Shown piece by piece: positions 20,301 through 30,155 of a stretch of DNA of 64,000 nucleotides (its first letter is position 1; each line of letters opens with the position of its first letter). The DNA is taken from assembly GCA_902518415.1 (NCBI GenBank), contig CABYGA010000001.1, forward strand, positions 19,356 through 83,355, read 5' to 3'. This DNA is from an uncultured Pelagibacteraceae bacterium (lineage in GTDB: Bacteria > Pseudomonadota > Alphaproteobacteria > Pelagibacterales > AG-422-B15). The position numbers and the translations under genes are program-made. The notes under the pieces were generated by a model that ran no database searches, had not been told where the DNA came from, and saw nothing but the letters and a program-made list of their open reading frames with translations.

Positions 20301-21827
20301 GATATCTACTCAATCGAAGATCTTGCACAGCTTATTTATGACTTGAAACAAGTAAACTCAAATGCAAGGGTATGTGTAAAATTAGTTGCTTCTTCTGGAA
20401 TAGGAACAATTGCTGCGGGGGTTGCTAAGGCAAAAGCTGATGTAATTCTAATTTCTGGTCACAATGGGGGCACTGGAGCGAGCCCACAAACAAGTATTAA
20501 ATATGCAGGTATCCCTTGGGAAATGGGCCTGACCGAAGTAAATCAAGTTCTGACATTAAATGGTTTGCGTCAGAATGTAGTACTCCGTACAGATGGTGGG
20601 ATAAAGACCGGTCGAGACGTAGTCATCGCTGCGATGATGGGAGCCGAAGAGTTTGGAGTTGGCACGACATCTTTAGTGGCAATGGGATGTATTATGGTTA
20701 GGCAATGCCATTCAAATACATGTCCAGTAGGCGTTTGTACGCAAGATGATGATTTGAGAGCGAGATTTTCAGGTAGCCCAGAAAAAGTGGTTAATTTGTT
20801 TAGCTTTATAGCAGAAGAGGTCAGAGAAATTTTAGCTGACTTAGGCGTGAAAAGTTTAAATGATGTTATTGGAAGAACAGATTTATTGTATCAAATATCA
20901 AGGGGATCAACTCATTTAGATGATTTAGATTTGAATTCACTTTTAATTCAAGCTGAGAAGGATCCAGATGTTGAGTACTTCAATCACTCTGTAATCAATG
21001 ATGTAGGCTCTACGCTTGATGAAAAAATTATTCAAGATGCCTCGAAATTTTTACAGACAGGACAGAAAACTGAATTAAATTATCCAATTAAAAATACTGA
21101 TAGAGCGGTAGGTACTAGATTATCGTCAACTATTTACCGGACATTTAAAAATACTGAAGTTAATAAGGAGCACTTGACTATCAATCTCACCGGATCAGCT
21201 GGACAATCACTTGGCGCTTTTGGGATTAAAGGATTAAAGATAAGCCTTTTTGGAGATTCAAATGACTATGTCGGAAAAGGGTTATCAGGTGCTACAATTT
21301 CAATTAGGCCTCACAAAAATAGTTCATTAATTAGTAATGAAAATACAATCATTGGAAATACTGTACTGTATGGTGCAACGTCTGGCGAATTATATGCTGC
21401 TGGTGAGGCGGGTGAAAGGTTTGCTGTTAGAAACTCAGGTGCAACAACTGTAGTGGAAGGATGTGGTTCAAATGGATGCGAATACATGACTGGTGGTACT
21501 GTTGTAATATTAGGAAAAACAGGAGACAATTTTGGGGCTGGAATGACTGGCGGCATGGCATTTATATATGATGAGGATCAAAATTTTAATTTAAGAGTAA
21601 ATCCAGAGACTTTAATCTTTGATACAATTTCTTCGGATTATTGGACAAATGAGCTTTACCAAATTATTCTTAGTCACCATCAAAATACATTAAGTTTGCA
21701 CGCCAAAAATATATTAGATAACTGGGAAACAGAAAAATTAAAATTTATTCACGTATGTCCAAAAGAGATAGCCAATATATTAGTTCAACCTCTGGGTTTC
21801 GAAAAAAAATTGAAGCAGGTCAATTAA
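17307..21827 (+). CDS. gltB: glutamate synthase large subunit
   Basis: 1506 aa. Ntn-amidotransferase start (HDSCGVGFVA), a central FMN/3Fe-4S domain, and a C-terminal GXGXG beta-helix (GNTVLYGATSGELYAAGEAGERFAVRNSG). Overlaps gltD by 4 nt. Confidence 0.96.
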   Translation: MTNELKRYLKNKKNLEDAFLYNPGHEHDSCGVGFVASTDGKQRREVVQGGIDALKAVWHRGAVDADGKTGDGAGILTQIPYNFFDDEIAKTGHEKRDEPLGIGMMFLPRNDYAALEKCRTIIESELLDHGYYIYGWRQVPINNSVIGEKANSTRPEIEQVMFVNNIERDKDFDFAKELYLVRRRLEKRIAKQQINGFYVCSLGFESIIYKGLFLAEQLSIFYPDLANEEFISSFAVFHQRYSTNTFPSWGLAQPFRLLAHNGEINTISGNTNWMRNHQTRITTEIFGDDSEQVKPIIEKNVSDSSALDAAFELYVRAGRSVPLVKTLLIPEAWSKRSELMPIEHRNMYEFSNAIVEPWDGPAAIAAVDGNWIIGGMDRNGLRPMRYSISQDNLIYVGSETGMVTIDESKIIEKGKLGPGEIIGINLKEGKIFRDHEMKERLASEAPYEEYVKKIIRLDKRVKINKESTVTDQAKLRKKMIAAGYTMEELELILHPMVSDAKESTGSMGDDTPIAVLSDKYRPLSHFFRQKFSQVTNPPIDSLREQSRMSLKTRFGNLQDILNPNPYEENVFVIDSPFITNGFFKKISSRGQQTTTNIDCTVEKKSFDLKKEIKRIQLEAETGVLSGKSHIVLSDINADEEKIALPLILITAAVHTDLTRKGIRSFVSLHVRSSECIDTHYFAVLIGVGATTVNPYLAQDCIYERHQKGLFGDMSYEECVDRYKKAIDQGLLKVMSKLGISVISAYRGGFNFEAVGLSRSTVNEYFLGVQSRMSGIGLTGIEKKLNELHDYAYSDTVQTLPIGGIYRYRSGGETHAYEGKLIHLLQTAVAEDSYDMYKKYSSSMGNFAPINIRDLLEFKEAENDLDLSEVESITSIRKRFGTGSMSHGALSKEAHETLAIAMNRIGGASCSGEGGESIERSYPLENGDSANSKVKQVASARFGVTTEYLNNCEEIEIKIAQGAKPGEGGQLPGFKVTAEIAKLRHSTQGVTLISPPPHHDIYSIEDLAQLIYDLKQVNSNARVCVKLVASSGIGTIAAGVAKAKADVILISGHNGGTGASPQTSIKYAGIPWEMGLTEVNQVLTLNGLRQNVVLRTDGGIKTGRDVVIAAMMGAEEFGVGTTSLVAMGCIMVRQCHSNTCPVGVCTQDDDLRARFSGSPEKVVNLFSFIAEEVREILADLGVKSLNDVIGRTDLLYQISRGSTHLDDLDLNSLLIQAEKDPDVEYFNHSVINDVGSTLDEKIIQDASKFLQTGQKTELNYPIKNTDRAVGTRLSSTIYRTFKNTEVNKEHLTINLTGSAGQSLGAFGIKGLKISLFGDSNDYVGKGLSGATISIRPHKNSSLISNENTIIGNTVLYGATSGELYAAGEAGERFAVRNSGATTVVEGCGSNGCEYMTGGTVVILGKTGDNFGAGMTGGMAFIYDEDQNFNLRVNPETLIFDTISSDYWTNELYQIILSHHQNTLSLHAKNILDNWETEKLKFIHVCPKEIANILVQPLGFEKKLKQVN

Positions 21828-22939
21828 TTAAAGGTAGCAATTATCAAAAACTTGATCAATTAATCAAAGAAAATGGTTTTGATGTTTTTGGAGTTGTACC
21901 AGCAAGCTCTAAATTAGATTTTAAAAAACAGCTTAATGAATTTTTAGATAACAATCATCATGGTGAAATGAAATGGATGTATGAAAGATCACATCTGAGA
22001 TCTAATCCAAAATCACTTTGGGACAAAACAAAATCAATAATAGTACTTGGAGTAAATTATAATTTTAATTGTAATTCACTTGAGCTTTTATCAAATAAGG
22101 AAAAAGGAATTGTATCAGTATATTCAAGAAATAACGACTATCATAAAATTATCAAAAAAAACTTAAAACATTTATCAGTACAAATTTCAGATTTCTATGA
22201 TTGTGATTATAAATACTTCATTGATACAGCGCCAGTAATGGAAAAACCTATAGGTATGTCAGGAGGGATTGGTTGGCAAGGAAAGCACACAAATCTAGTT
22301 TCAAAAGACTTTGGATCATGGCTGTTCCTCTCAACAATATTTGTCGATAAAGAAATTGTATTTTCAAAACCCGAGGTAAATCATTGTGGCTCCTGTTCGG
22401 ATTGTATAGACATATGTCCTACTGGGGCAATAATTGAACCTTATAAGCTAGATGCAAGAAAATGCATTTCCTATCTCACCATAGAACATAAAGGTAAAAT
22501 AGATAAAAATTTGAGATCTCTAATAGGAAATAGAATTTATGGATGTGATGACTGTTTAGCTGTGTGCCCATGGAATAAATTTGCCAAATTATCTAATGAA
22601 AAAAATTTTCATCCTAAAGCAGAACTAATAGAACCTGATCTCAAATCCTTTATCAAACTTGATGATGCACAATTTAGAGAGAAATTTAGTGGATCAAGTA
22701 TAAAAAGGATTGGAAGGGATCGATTTATTAGAAATGTATTGATTGCAATGGGAAATAGTAAAAATAAGGTTTTTATTGAGGATGTAAAAGACCTTCTTCA
22801 TGATGAGTCAAGCTTAGTTAGGTCAATGGCCGTGTGGGCTCTTAAACAAATAGCAGATACTTATGATTTCAATAACTACAGAAAAGAGCATATATCTTTA
22901 GAGGTAGATAAAGATGTAAAAGCAGAATGGTTAGATTAG
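21755..22939 (+). CDS. queG: epoxyqueuosine reductase
   Basis: Two ferredoxin-type motifs (CGSCSDCIDICP; CDDCLAVCPWNKF) and a C-terminal HEAT-like tail. The only in-frame ATG (21755) overlaps gltB by 73 nt, so the true start is uncertain. Confidence 0.82.
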   Translation: MSKRDSQYISSTSGFRKKIEAGQLIKGSNYQKLDQLIKENGFDVFGVVPASSKLDFKKQLNEFLDNNHHGEMKWMYERSHLRSNPKSLWDKTKSIIVLGVNYNFNCNSLELLSNKEKGIVSVYSRNNDYHKIIKKNLKHLSVQISDFYDCDYKYFIDTAPVMEKPIGMSGGIGWQGKHTNLVSKDFGSWLFLSTIFVDKEIVFSKPEVNHCGSCSDCIDICPTGAIIEPYKLDARKCISYLTIEHKGKIDKNLRSLIGNRIYGCDDCLAVCPWNKFAKLSNEKNFHPKAELIEPDLKSFIKLDDAQFREKFSGSSIKRIGRDRFIRNVLIAMGNSKNKVFIEDVKDLLHDESSLVRSMAVWALKQIADTYDFNNYRKEHISLEVDKDVKAEWLD

Positions 22940-22943
22940 CATC

Positions 22944-23786
22944 ATGATTTTTATTTATGGATATGGTTATACTTCTCAACATTTGTGTAAGCTATTAATT
23001 AGTAATAAGATAATTGCAACTTCTCGGAATTGTGAAAAGAAAAAATCAATCAATGATAATATTGAACTCATTGCACCGGATGAATCAAATTTAATAATAA
23101 AGGAATACAGTGATAAAATAACCCATCTATTGATTTCAGTTCCACCAAGTGATGATGGGGATCAATTTTTAAATAATTTCAATAAAGATTTACAAACTCT
23201 TAAAAATTTAAAGTGGGTTGGATATTTATCAGCTACAAGTGTGTATGGAGATCATAAGGGTGAATTTGTAAATGAGAACTCTGAACTTCTTACAAAGTTC
23301 ACTAGAGGTATCAATAGAAAACTTGCAGAAGATCAATGGATTGATATTTCAAATAAATATAATCTTCCTCTTCATATATTCAGGATTGCAGGCATATATG
23401 GACCGCAAAGAAGCATTATAGATAGAATGAGTTCAGGAAATTTTATAAATATAATTAAAGATAATCATTTTTTTTCGAGAATTTACATTGATGACCTGGT
23501 AAATATAATTAATGCTTCAATGAATAAACCAAATCCCATAAGTATTTACAATGTTGCTGATGATCTACCATCATCTTTAAATGATGTTGTTAGATATATA
23601 TCTGAGAAAACAGGAATAATAATTGATCGAGAAGTGCAATACTCAGAATTAAGTGAAGATGAAAAAAGAGAAAGTTTCTTCACTGAAAATAAAAAGGTTA
23701 ATAATAAACTAATAAAAGAGGAATTAGGCGTAATATTAAAGTACCCATCATATATTGAGGGCTATAATAAAATTATTAATTGTTAA
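22944..23786 (+). CDS. NAD(P)-binding SDR/epimerase-family protein
   Basis: 280 aa with a Rossmann-like N-terminus (IYGYGYTS) and the YGDHKG/YGPQR pattern of atypical SDRs. Weak assignment. Confidence 0.5.
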   Translation: MIFIYGYGYTSQHLCKLLISNKIIATSRNCEKKKSINDNIELIAPDESNLIIKEYSDKITHLLISVPPSDDGDQFLNNFNKDLQTLKNLKWVGYLSATSVYGDHKGEFVNENSELLTKFTRGINRKLAEDQWIDISNKYNLPLHIFRIAGIYGPQRSIIDRMSSGNFINIIKDNHFFSRIYIDDLVNIINASMNKPNPISIYNVADDLPSSLNDVVRYISEKTGIIIDREVQYSELSEDEKRESFFTENKKVNNKLIKEELGVILKYPSYIEGYNKIINC

Positions 23787-23790
23787 TTTC

Positions 23791-24681
23791 TTAAATTCCA
23801 GAATTTGTTTCAACTTGTAAACGGCTTATTGCGATACCAATCACGACTAAAATAACCCCAATTAATAGTGAAAATTTCAAAGGTTCATTCATCAACGCCC
23901 ACCCGTAAAATATCCCAAAAACAGGTATTAAATAAGCAACTTGCATCATGAAAGTGGTACCTGCAGAGCGAATTAAAACTTGCCTTAAGCTAAAAGCTAA
24001 ACCAGTAGGAATAATTCCTAAATAAATCACTGCAATTATTGCTGCAGTGTTTACTTCATAACTCATTGGCTGTGCATAAATGAACATAAACGGAATAAGC
24101 CATATGCTTCCCCACGCTAGCGTATTCATTGTTACCATGTCGGAGGGCAAGTCCGAGACTTTTCTGATAATTAAATTTGATACCACATATGAACAACCTG
24201 CAAGATATATAGCAAGGGCACCAATAAAACTTGACATATCTGTAACAAAAACCTGCACACCTACAGCAAATACGACTCCTGAAAAGCCTATAATCGTTCC
24301 AATTGTTTTTCTCAAATTGAGTTTTTCATCTTCAGTAAAGTAGTGAGCGAGTACAAGAGCTAAGAAAGGATTAGCAGACATGATTATCACTCCAATATTA
24401 CTTGGCAGCGACATAAGCCCATATGGAATTAACGTAAATGGTATTGCTGCATTAAATAATCCTATGATTGCATAAGTAAATGAATTTTTTTGAAAGAGTT
24501 CTAAATTTCCTGAACGAAAAACAACAGCCAATAATAATATTAAAGCACCAATAAACGTTCTAAAAAAACCAACTTCAATTGGGTTAAACATTAAATTACA
24601 AAATTTTATTGCAACAAATGATGCGCCCCATACAGCACCAAGAAAGATTAGAAGAAAATAATTATTTAATGTGGAATTCAC
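23791..24681 (-). CDS. EamA/DMT-family transporter
   Basis: 296 aa with about 10 TM helices in the duplicated EamA arrangement. Confidence 0.8.
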   Translation of the reverse strand: MNSTLNNYFLLIFLGAVWGASFVAIKFCNLMFNPIEVGFFRTFIGALILLLAVVFRSGNLELFQKNSFTYAIIGLFNAAIPFTLIPYGLMSLPSNIGVIIMSANPFLALVLAHYFTEDEKLNLRKTIGTIIGFSGVVFAVGVQVFVTDMSSFIGALAIYLAGCSYVVSNLIIRKVSDLPSDMVTMNTLAWGSIWLIPFMFIYAQPMSYEVNTAAIIAVIYLGIIPTGLAFSLRQVLIRSAGTTFMMQVAYLIPVFGIFYGWALMNEPLKFSLLIGVILVVIGIAISRLQVETNSGI

Positions 24682-25427
24682 AGAGCTAACTCTGTGATTG
24701 TTTGGAATAATATTTTTAGATCCTGATCTCTAGACAAACTATGATCACCATCTTCAATTATTTTCAGTTGTTTATTTTCACTTTCGATCTTATTAATAAT
24801 TTTTTCAGAAGTCTCAAAACTTACAACATGGTCTAGTCGCCCATGAAGCAATCTTATAGGACACTTTATTTTAATTGGCTCGTCTAGTATCATATTCTTC
24901 TTGCCGTCTTCTAAGAATTTATAAGTTATCGTATAATCTTCTGAATATTTGTCCCAATTGATAATGATTTTTCCATCTTTTTTAATTTGAGTTTTTTGTT
25001 CTTTACTCAACCTATCCCACTCTCCAACTACAAAGTCAGGAGCCGATGCGATGCCTATTAATCCATTGATCGTTAAGGGATTTCTCTTAGCTACTATTAA
25101 AGAAATCCAACCCCCCATACTTGACCCAATAATTATATTAATCTTTGATTTACATAAATTGAAAATTTCATGAGCTTCCTCTGACCACTTGCTAATACCC
25201 CCATCTTCAAACTCACCTGCTGACGATCCATGACCTGAATAATCGAATCTTATGAAATTTAAATTATTCGTTTTACACCATGCACTTAAAGCAGTTGCTT
25301 TTGTTCCAGTCATACTGGAGCTATAGCCTCCAAAAAAAAATATTGAGATCTCTGAATTCTGATTCTCATGCAAATATGCAATTTGATCGTTTAGAGATGA
25401 TTTATGATATTTTATATTATTGAGCAT
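24678..25427 (-). CDS. alpha/beta-fold hydrolase
   Basis: Nucleophile elbow GSSMGG, late Asp/His (DGDHSL); 249 aa. Confidence 0.75.
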   Translation of the reverse strand: MLNNIKYHKSSLNDQIAYLHENQNSEISIFFFGGYSSSMTGTKATALSAWCKTNNLNFIRFDYSGHGSSAGEFEDGGISKWSEEAHEIFNLCKSKINIIIGSSMGGWISLIVAKRNPLTINGLIGIASAPDFVVGEWDRLSKEQKTQIKKDGKIIINWDKYSEDYTITYKFLEDGKKNMILDEPIKIKCPIRLLHGRLDHVVSFETSEKIINKIESENKQLKIIEDGDHSLSRDQDLKILFQTITELAL

Positions 25428-25467
25428 AATGATTTACTATTAAGCATTTAACTATTAGAAATACTAT

Positions 25468-26607
25468 ATGCAATCAAAAATTTGTGTATTGCAAGTTATA
25501 CCTAATCTTGACGTTAGTGGGGCTTCACAAGGTTGTGTAGATGTTGCAAATTATTTGACAGAAAAAAATTATAATTCCTATATTGCAACAAATTCAGGAC
25601 AAAATATAACGAAAGTTAGTGAACATGAAACTAAAGTCATAAAAGTTCCCGTACATTCAAAGAACCCTTTAATCATAATTTTGAATATCTTTAGGCTTGC
25701 AAGGATTATTAAATTATTTGGTATAAATATTCTTCATGTACGTAGTAGGGCGCCTGCTTGGAGTTCGTATTTTGCTTGTTTAATGACGCGCACTAAATAT
25801 GTTTCTACTTTTCATGGAACCTATAATTTTAATAATGTTTTGAAAAAATATTATAATTCAGTCATGCTAATGACTGATGGCACAATCGCGATTTCCAAAT
25901 TTATATATAACGAGATCAAGACCAAATATCAAAAGATGCCAAAAGTAATTAAAATAATTCCAAGAGGCATTGACTTAGAATTTTTCAATGTAGCATCTAT
26001 AGATCAACAAATCAAAAATGACATCTTAACAGAGTTTAAAATAAATAAAGATGCTATCAAAATAATGTTGCCTGGGAGAATGACAGAATGGAAAGGTCAT
26101 TTACTATTACTAAAAGCGTTTGAGCAATTAAGCCAACAAACTGAGAAAAAACTTGAATTATTAATGGTAGGGCCTGACGACAATACTTCGCTTAAAAAGA
26201 AATTAACGACTTTTGTTCATGAAAAAGATATTGAAGGTAATGTACATTTTATCAGTGCAAGAAATGATATTAATAACTTTTACAGCATTGCAGATATAGT
26301 TGTCTCACCATCTACAGATCCCGAGGCTTTTGGTAGAATTTCTGTTGAAGCGCAAGCAATGGGCAAATTTGTTATAGCCTCTAATCATGGGGGTTCAACT
26401 GAAACTATTATTAATAATGAAACAGGTTACTTATTTAATAACGCCGATGAGAATGATTTATCTGCTAAAATATTAAAAGCAATTAATGAAGATAAACATT
26501 GCTCAGAAACAGTTAGACAGGCATGCATAACGAATGTTCAAAAAAATTATTCTGATAAAAAAATGTGTGTCTCAACTTTAAATTTTTATAATGAAATAAT
26601 CGGATAA
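25468..26607 (+). CDS. glycosyltransferase family 4 (GT-B, group 1)
   Basis: C-terminal EAFGRISVEAQAMGKFVIASNHGGSTE (EX7E-type region); 379 aa. Confidence 0.8.
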   Translation: MQSKICVLQVIPNLDVSGASQGCVDVANYLTEKNYNSYIATNSGQNITKVSEHETKVIKVPVHSKNPLIIILNIFRLARIIKLFGINILHVRSRAPAWSSYFACLMTRTKYVSTFHGTYNFNNVLKKYYNSVMLMTDGTIAISKFIYNEIKTKYQKMPKVIKIIPRGIDLEFFNVASIDQQIKNDILTEFKINKDAIKIMLPGRMTEWKGHLLLLKAFEQLSQQTEKKLELLMVGPDDNTSLKKKLTTFVHEKDIEGNVHFISARNDINNFYSIADIVVSPSTDPEAFGRISVEAQAMGKFVIASNHGGSTETIINNETGYLFNNADENDLSAKILKAINEDKHCSETVRQACITNVQKNYSDKKMCVSTLNFYNEIIG

Positions 26608-27534
26608 ATGACAAGCAAAATTTTAGTGATAAAACACGGATCATTTGGTGATATTATACAAATTAATGGCTGCCTGAGAGATATACGAGAAAATTACATT
26701 GATAATGAAATTTATATTCTTACTACACCTGCGTTCAGATCTTATTTTGAAAGATGTCCCTACATTGATAAAGTTATAGTTGATGAAAGAAAATCTAGGT
26801 GGAATATTTTTTATTTACTAAAGATTAAATATATAATTATAAACTTAAAATTTCAAAAAATATTCGATTTACAAAATTCACGTAGAACAGAGTTCTATAG
26901 AAAATATTTATCGAATTCGATTGAATGGATTTCTTCAAGAACAATATTAAATCCAAATGAAAGAAAAGAAGAGTTTGATAAAAAAAGTATACTTGAGAGA
27001 TTTAACATTCAATTATCTAGGGCTAATGTGAATGTACAATTTACACATAAACCTCAAGTTAGATGGATGATTGATCAAGAATTTGCTATACCCTCATCAA
27101 TAAAGAAAAATTATATTACACTTTTTCCATTTTGTTCCATTAAGCATCGTCAGAAACTATGGCCTCATTACCAGGATTTAATTACAAAATTAAAAATAAA
27201 ATATCCAGACATCGATATCATTATTGTTCCAGGGCCAGGAGAATATGAAAAAGCAAGAAATTATGACGTCAAAATATTAATGAATAATAAAGATCACACA
27301 AATTTCTTTCAATTATCGAAGATATTGGCTGGCTCAAAATATGTAATCTCAAACGATACTGGACCTGCACACCTTGCGGCCCATTTGGGCTGTAAAGGCT
27401 TAGCTATATTTGGAAGCCATACATCTCCTGAGAAAGTAAGCATTCAGACAGATAATTTTCATAGTATTTCCAGTAAAAATTTACATGAACTCACTTCTGA
27501 CATGGTCATTGAGAAAATAGATTCTCATTTGTAG
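26608..27534 (+). CDS. glycosyltransferase family 9 (LPS heptosyltransferase-like)
   Basis: ILVIKHGSFGDIIQ N-terminus and SNDTGPAHLAA motif. Abuts the GT4 gene with no intergenic gap. Confidence 0.75.
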   Translation: MTSKILVIKHGSFGDIIQINGCLRDIRENYIDNEIYILTTPAFRSYFERCPYIDKVIVDERKSRWNIFYLLKIKYIIINLKFQKIFDLQNSRRTEFYRKYLSNSIEWISSRTILNPNERKEEFDKKSILERFNIQLSRANVNVQFTHKPQVRWMIDQEFAIPSSIKKNYITLFPFCSIKHRQKLWPHYQDLITKLKIKYPDIDIIIVPGPGEYEKARNYDVKILMNNKDHTNFFQLSKILAGSKYVISNDTGPAHLAAHLGCKGLAIFGSHTSPEKVSIQTDNFHSISSKNLHELTSDMVIEKIDSHL

Positions 27535-27552
27535 ATAGATGATATAGTAGTT

Positions 27553-29301
27553 ATGTCCTTTATGGAAAATGAAGAAAAATTTATAGACACATTACGTCAC
27601 GATACGGCCCATGTTCTTGCCATGGCTGTTCAAGAGTTATTCCCTGAAACACAAGTCACTATTGGACCTGTTATTGAGAATGGGTTCTACTATGACTTTG
27701 ATCGCAAAGACCCTTTTACTGATAAAGACCTTAGTGTCATCGAAAAGAAAATGAAGGAAATTGTGAATAGAGATGTGAAGACGTCGTTTAAAGTAATGAA
27801 AAGAGCAGATGCAATTAAATTATTTTTAGATAAGGGTGAAAAATATAAAGTTGAAATTATTAAAGATTTGCCTGAAAGTGAAGAGTTAAAAGTATACTAC
27901 CATGGTGATTGGTTTGATTTATGTAAAGGTCCACACTTAGAATCAACTGGAAAGATTGGTAAGGCTTTTAAACTAACAAAAGTCGCAGGAGCATATTGGA
28001 GGGGTGACTCTAATAATCCAATGCTGCAAAGAATATATGGCACGGCATGGGAAACTGAAGAAGAATTAAAAAACTACTTAATGCTTTTAGAGGAAGCTGA
28101 AAAAAGAGATCATAGAAAACTTGGTAAGCAACTTGATTTGTTTCATTTTCAAGAAGAAGCTCCAGGGTCTGTTTTCTGGCATGCAAAAGGATGGACCTTA
28201 TTCAGAACATTAATCGATTACATGAGGCATCGCCAAGAGGAAGCAGGCTATGAAGAGATTAATACTCCTGATATTATGGACAAATCTCTATGGGAACTCT
28301 CAGGACATTTAGAAAAATTTGGTGACAACATGTTCACCACTGAAGCAAGGGAAGATAGAGTTTATGCATTAAAGCCAATGAATTGTCCAGGATGTGTTCA
28401 AGTGTATAAGCAGGGATTGAAAAGTTATCGAGATTTGCCATTAAGAGTAGCAGAATTTGGTAAAGTGCACAGATATGAACCATCTGGAGCCCTGCATGGT
28501 TTGATGCGAGTTAGAGCGTTTACCCAGGATGATGCTCATATATTTTGTACTGAGGACCAAATTACTGAAGAAAGCAAAAAAGTTTGCGACCTTGTTCTCA
28601 GTATTTATAAAGATTTTGGATTTGATAAAGTTTCAATTAAATTTTCTGATAGACCTGAGAAAAGAGTTGGCAGTGATGCAATATGGGATAAGTCCGAAGA
28701 AGCTCTTCGACAAGCCATGGAAGCTACAGGATTAGAATATTCATTGAATCCAGGTGAAGGGGCATTTTACGGTCCAAAGCTTGAATTCATTCTTAAAGAT
28801 GCAATAGGTCGAGAATGGCAATGTGGTACTTTGCAAGTTGATTTGAATATGCCTGAAAGATTAGGTGGGCATTTTATTGCTGAGGATGGACAAAAATATA
28901 ATCCAGTAATGCTGCACAGAGCACTCTTTGGATCATTAGAGCGTTTTACAGGAATATTAATAGAACATTATGCTGGTGCTCTCCCACTATGGCTTTCACC
29001 AGTACAAGCGGTAGTTACACCAATAACTACTGAAATAAATGAATACGGTGAAGAAGTTTATGAAAGTTTAAAAAACGCGGGAATAAGGGTTGAAAAAGAT
29101 CTACGTAACGAAAAAATTAGTTATAAAATTAGAGAGAATTCACTTAAAAAAATTCCATTTCAATTAATTCTTGGAAAGAAGGAAATTGAAGAACGTTCTA
29201 TAACAATGAGAGCATTTGGAAGCGACAAACAAGAAAAAATAAAGTTTGAAAATTTAAATGATTTTTTTATAAAAAAATGTATGATGCCATCACAACAATA
29301 G
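27553..29301 (+). CDS. thrS: threonine--tRNA ligase (lacks N-terminal TGS domain)
   Basis: 582 aa. The editing-domain motif [12 protein letters not shown] is already at residue ~15. Class II core (FRNE-like [26 protein letters not shown]) and an anticodon-binding C-terminus are present. Confidence 0.93.
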   Translation: MSFMENEEKFIDTLRHDTAHVLAMAVQELFPETQVTIGPVIENGFYYDFDRKDPFTDKDLSVIEKKMKEIVNRDVKTSFKVMKRADAIKLFLDKGEKYKVEIIKDLPESEELKVYYHGDWFDLCKGPHLESTGKIGKAFKLTKVAGAYWRGDSNNPMLQRIYGTAWETEEELKNYLMLLEEAEKRDHRKLGKQLDLFHFQEEAPGSVFWHAKGWTLFRTLIDYMRHRQEEAGYEEINTPDIMDKSLWELSGHLEKFGDNMFTTEAREDRVYALKPMNCPGCVQVYKQGLKSYRDLPLRVAEFGKVHRYEPSGALHGLMRVRAFTQDDAHIFCTEDQITEESKKVCDLVLSIYKDFGFDKVSIKFSDRPEKRVGSDAIWDKSEEALRQAMEATGLEYSLNPGEGAFYGPKLEFILKDAIGREWQCGTLQVDLNMPERLGGHFIAEDGQKYNPVMLHRALFGSLERFTGILIEHYAGALPLWLSPVQAVVTPITTEINEYGEEVYESLKNAGIRVEKDLRNEKISYKIRENSLKKIPFQLILGKKEIEERSITMRAFGSDKQEKIKFENLNDFFIKKCMMPSQQ

Positions 29302-29316
29302 ATATAGGAGATTAAA

Positions 29317-29865
29317 ATAGCACTTCAAAAGAAAAATAATAGATACAATCAATCTACTAAAGGCCCAAAATTCCGAATTAACGAATTCATAACCACTTCC
29401 ACAGTTAGACTAATTGATGAAAAAGGTAACAACCTTGGAGTTGTTGATACCGATGAAGCTGTTAAAAAAGCTTTAGAGGTAGGATTAGATCTTGTTGAAG
29501 TATCCCCTCAAGTTGACCCGCCGGTATGTAAAATTCTAGACTTTGGAAAATTTAAATATGAGGCTCAAAAAAAAGCCAGTACTTCAAAGAAAAAACAAAA
29601 GGAAGTTACAATAAAAGAAATAAAAATGCGGCCAGGGATAGATGTACACGATTATGATTTTAAAGTAAGAGCGGCACAAAAGTTTATTACTGCTGGAGAC
29701 AAAGTAAAATTTACCATTAGGTTTAAAGGGCGTGAGTTTGAGCATCATGATATTGCCGAGAATTTAATGGAAAGAATAAGAGAGACTATGGGATCAACTA
29801 GTAAAATTGAGCAAGAGCCCAAACTAGAAGGCAGGCAATTTACAATGATTTTTACTCCTAACTAG
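29317..29865 (+). CDS. infC: translation initiation factor IF-3 (non-AUG start)
   Basis: The reading frame is open from 29308. IF3 N-domain sequence (KGPKFRINEFITTSTVRLIDEKGNNLGVV) lies upstream of the first ATG (29626). AGGAG at 29306-29310 is followed by ATT (29311) and ATA (29317). The exact start is uncertain between these. Confidence 0.85.
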   Translation: MALQKKNNRYNQSTKGPKFRINEFITTSTVRLIDEKGNNLGVVDTDEAVKKALEVGLDLVEVSPQVDPPVCKILDFGKFKYEAQKKASTSKKKQKEVTIKEIKMRPGIDVHDYDFKVRAAQKFITAGDKVKFTIRFKGREFEHHDIAENLMERIRETMGSTSKIEQEPKLEGRQFTMIFTPN

Positions 29866-29944
29866 GCATTTTTTTCATATTCTTTTCAATTATAAAAACC
29901 TTTGATTTTTTCCTATCCAGGGGATATAACCCTGCTCATTCATT

Positions 29945-30142
29945 ATGACAAAACTCAAAACAAAAAAGGGCGCTAACAAGAGGTTCAGAGTTACTGCATC
30001 TGGTAAAGTTAAATCTTATCAAAGTGGGAAAAAGCACGGTATGATTAAAAGGACTAATAAGCAGATAAGGAATCAGAGAGGGTCAACTATTCTGTCTGAT
30101 CAAGATGCCCGCATTGTTAAAAAGTTTTTACCGTACGCATAG
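29945..30142 (+). CDS. rpmI: 50S ribosomal protein L35
   Basis: 65 aa, [21 protein letters not shown]. Confidence 0.93.
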   Translation: MTKLKTKKGANKRFRVTASGKVKSYQSGKKHGMIKRTNKQIRNQRGSTILSDQDARIVKKFLPYA

Positions 30143-30155
30143 ATAGGTTATTATT

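Noticed and set aside
17364-21556. Several 66-147-aa ORFs antisense or out of frame inside gltB (e.g. 18137..18580, 19802..20233, 21311..21556). Similar shadow ORFs occur inside folC, rpsA, aroA, trpB and others.
   Set aside because: They lie entirely within strongly supported conserved genes and have low-complexity or repetitive translations typical of shadow ORFs.
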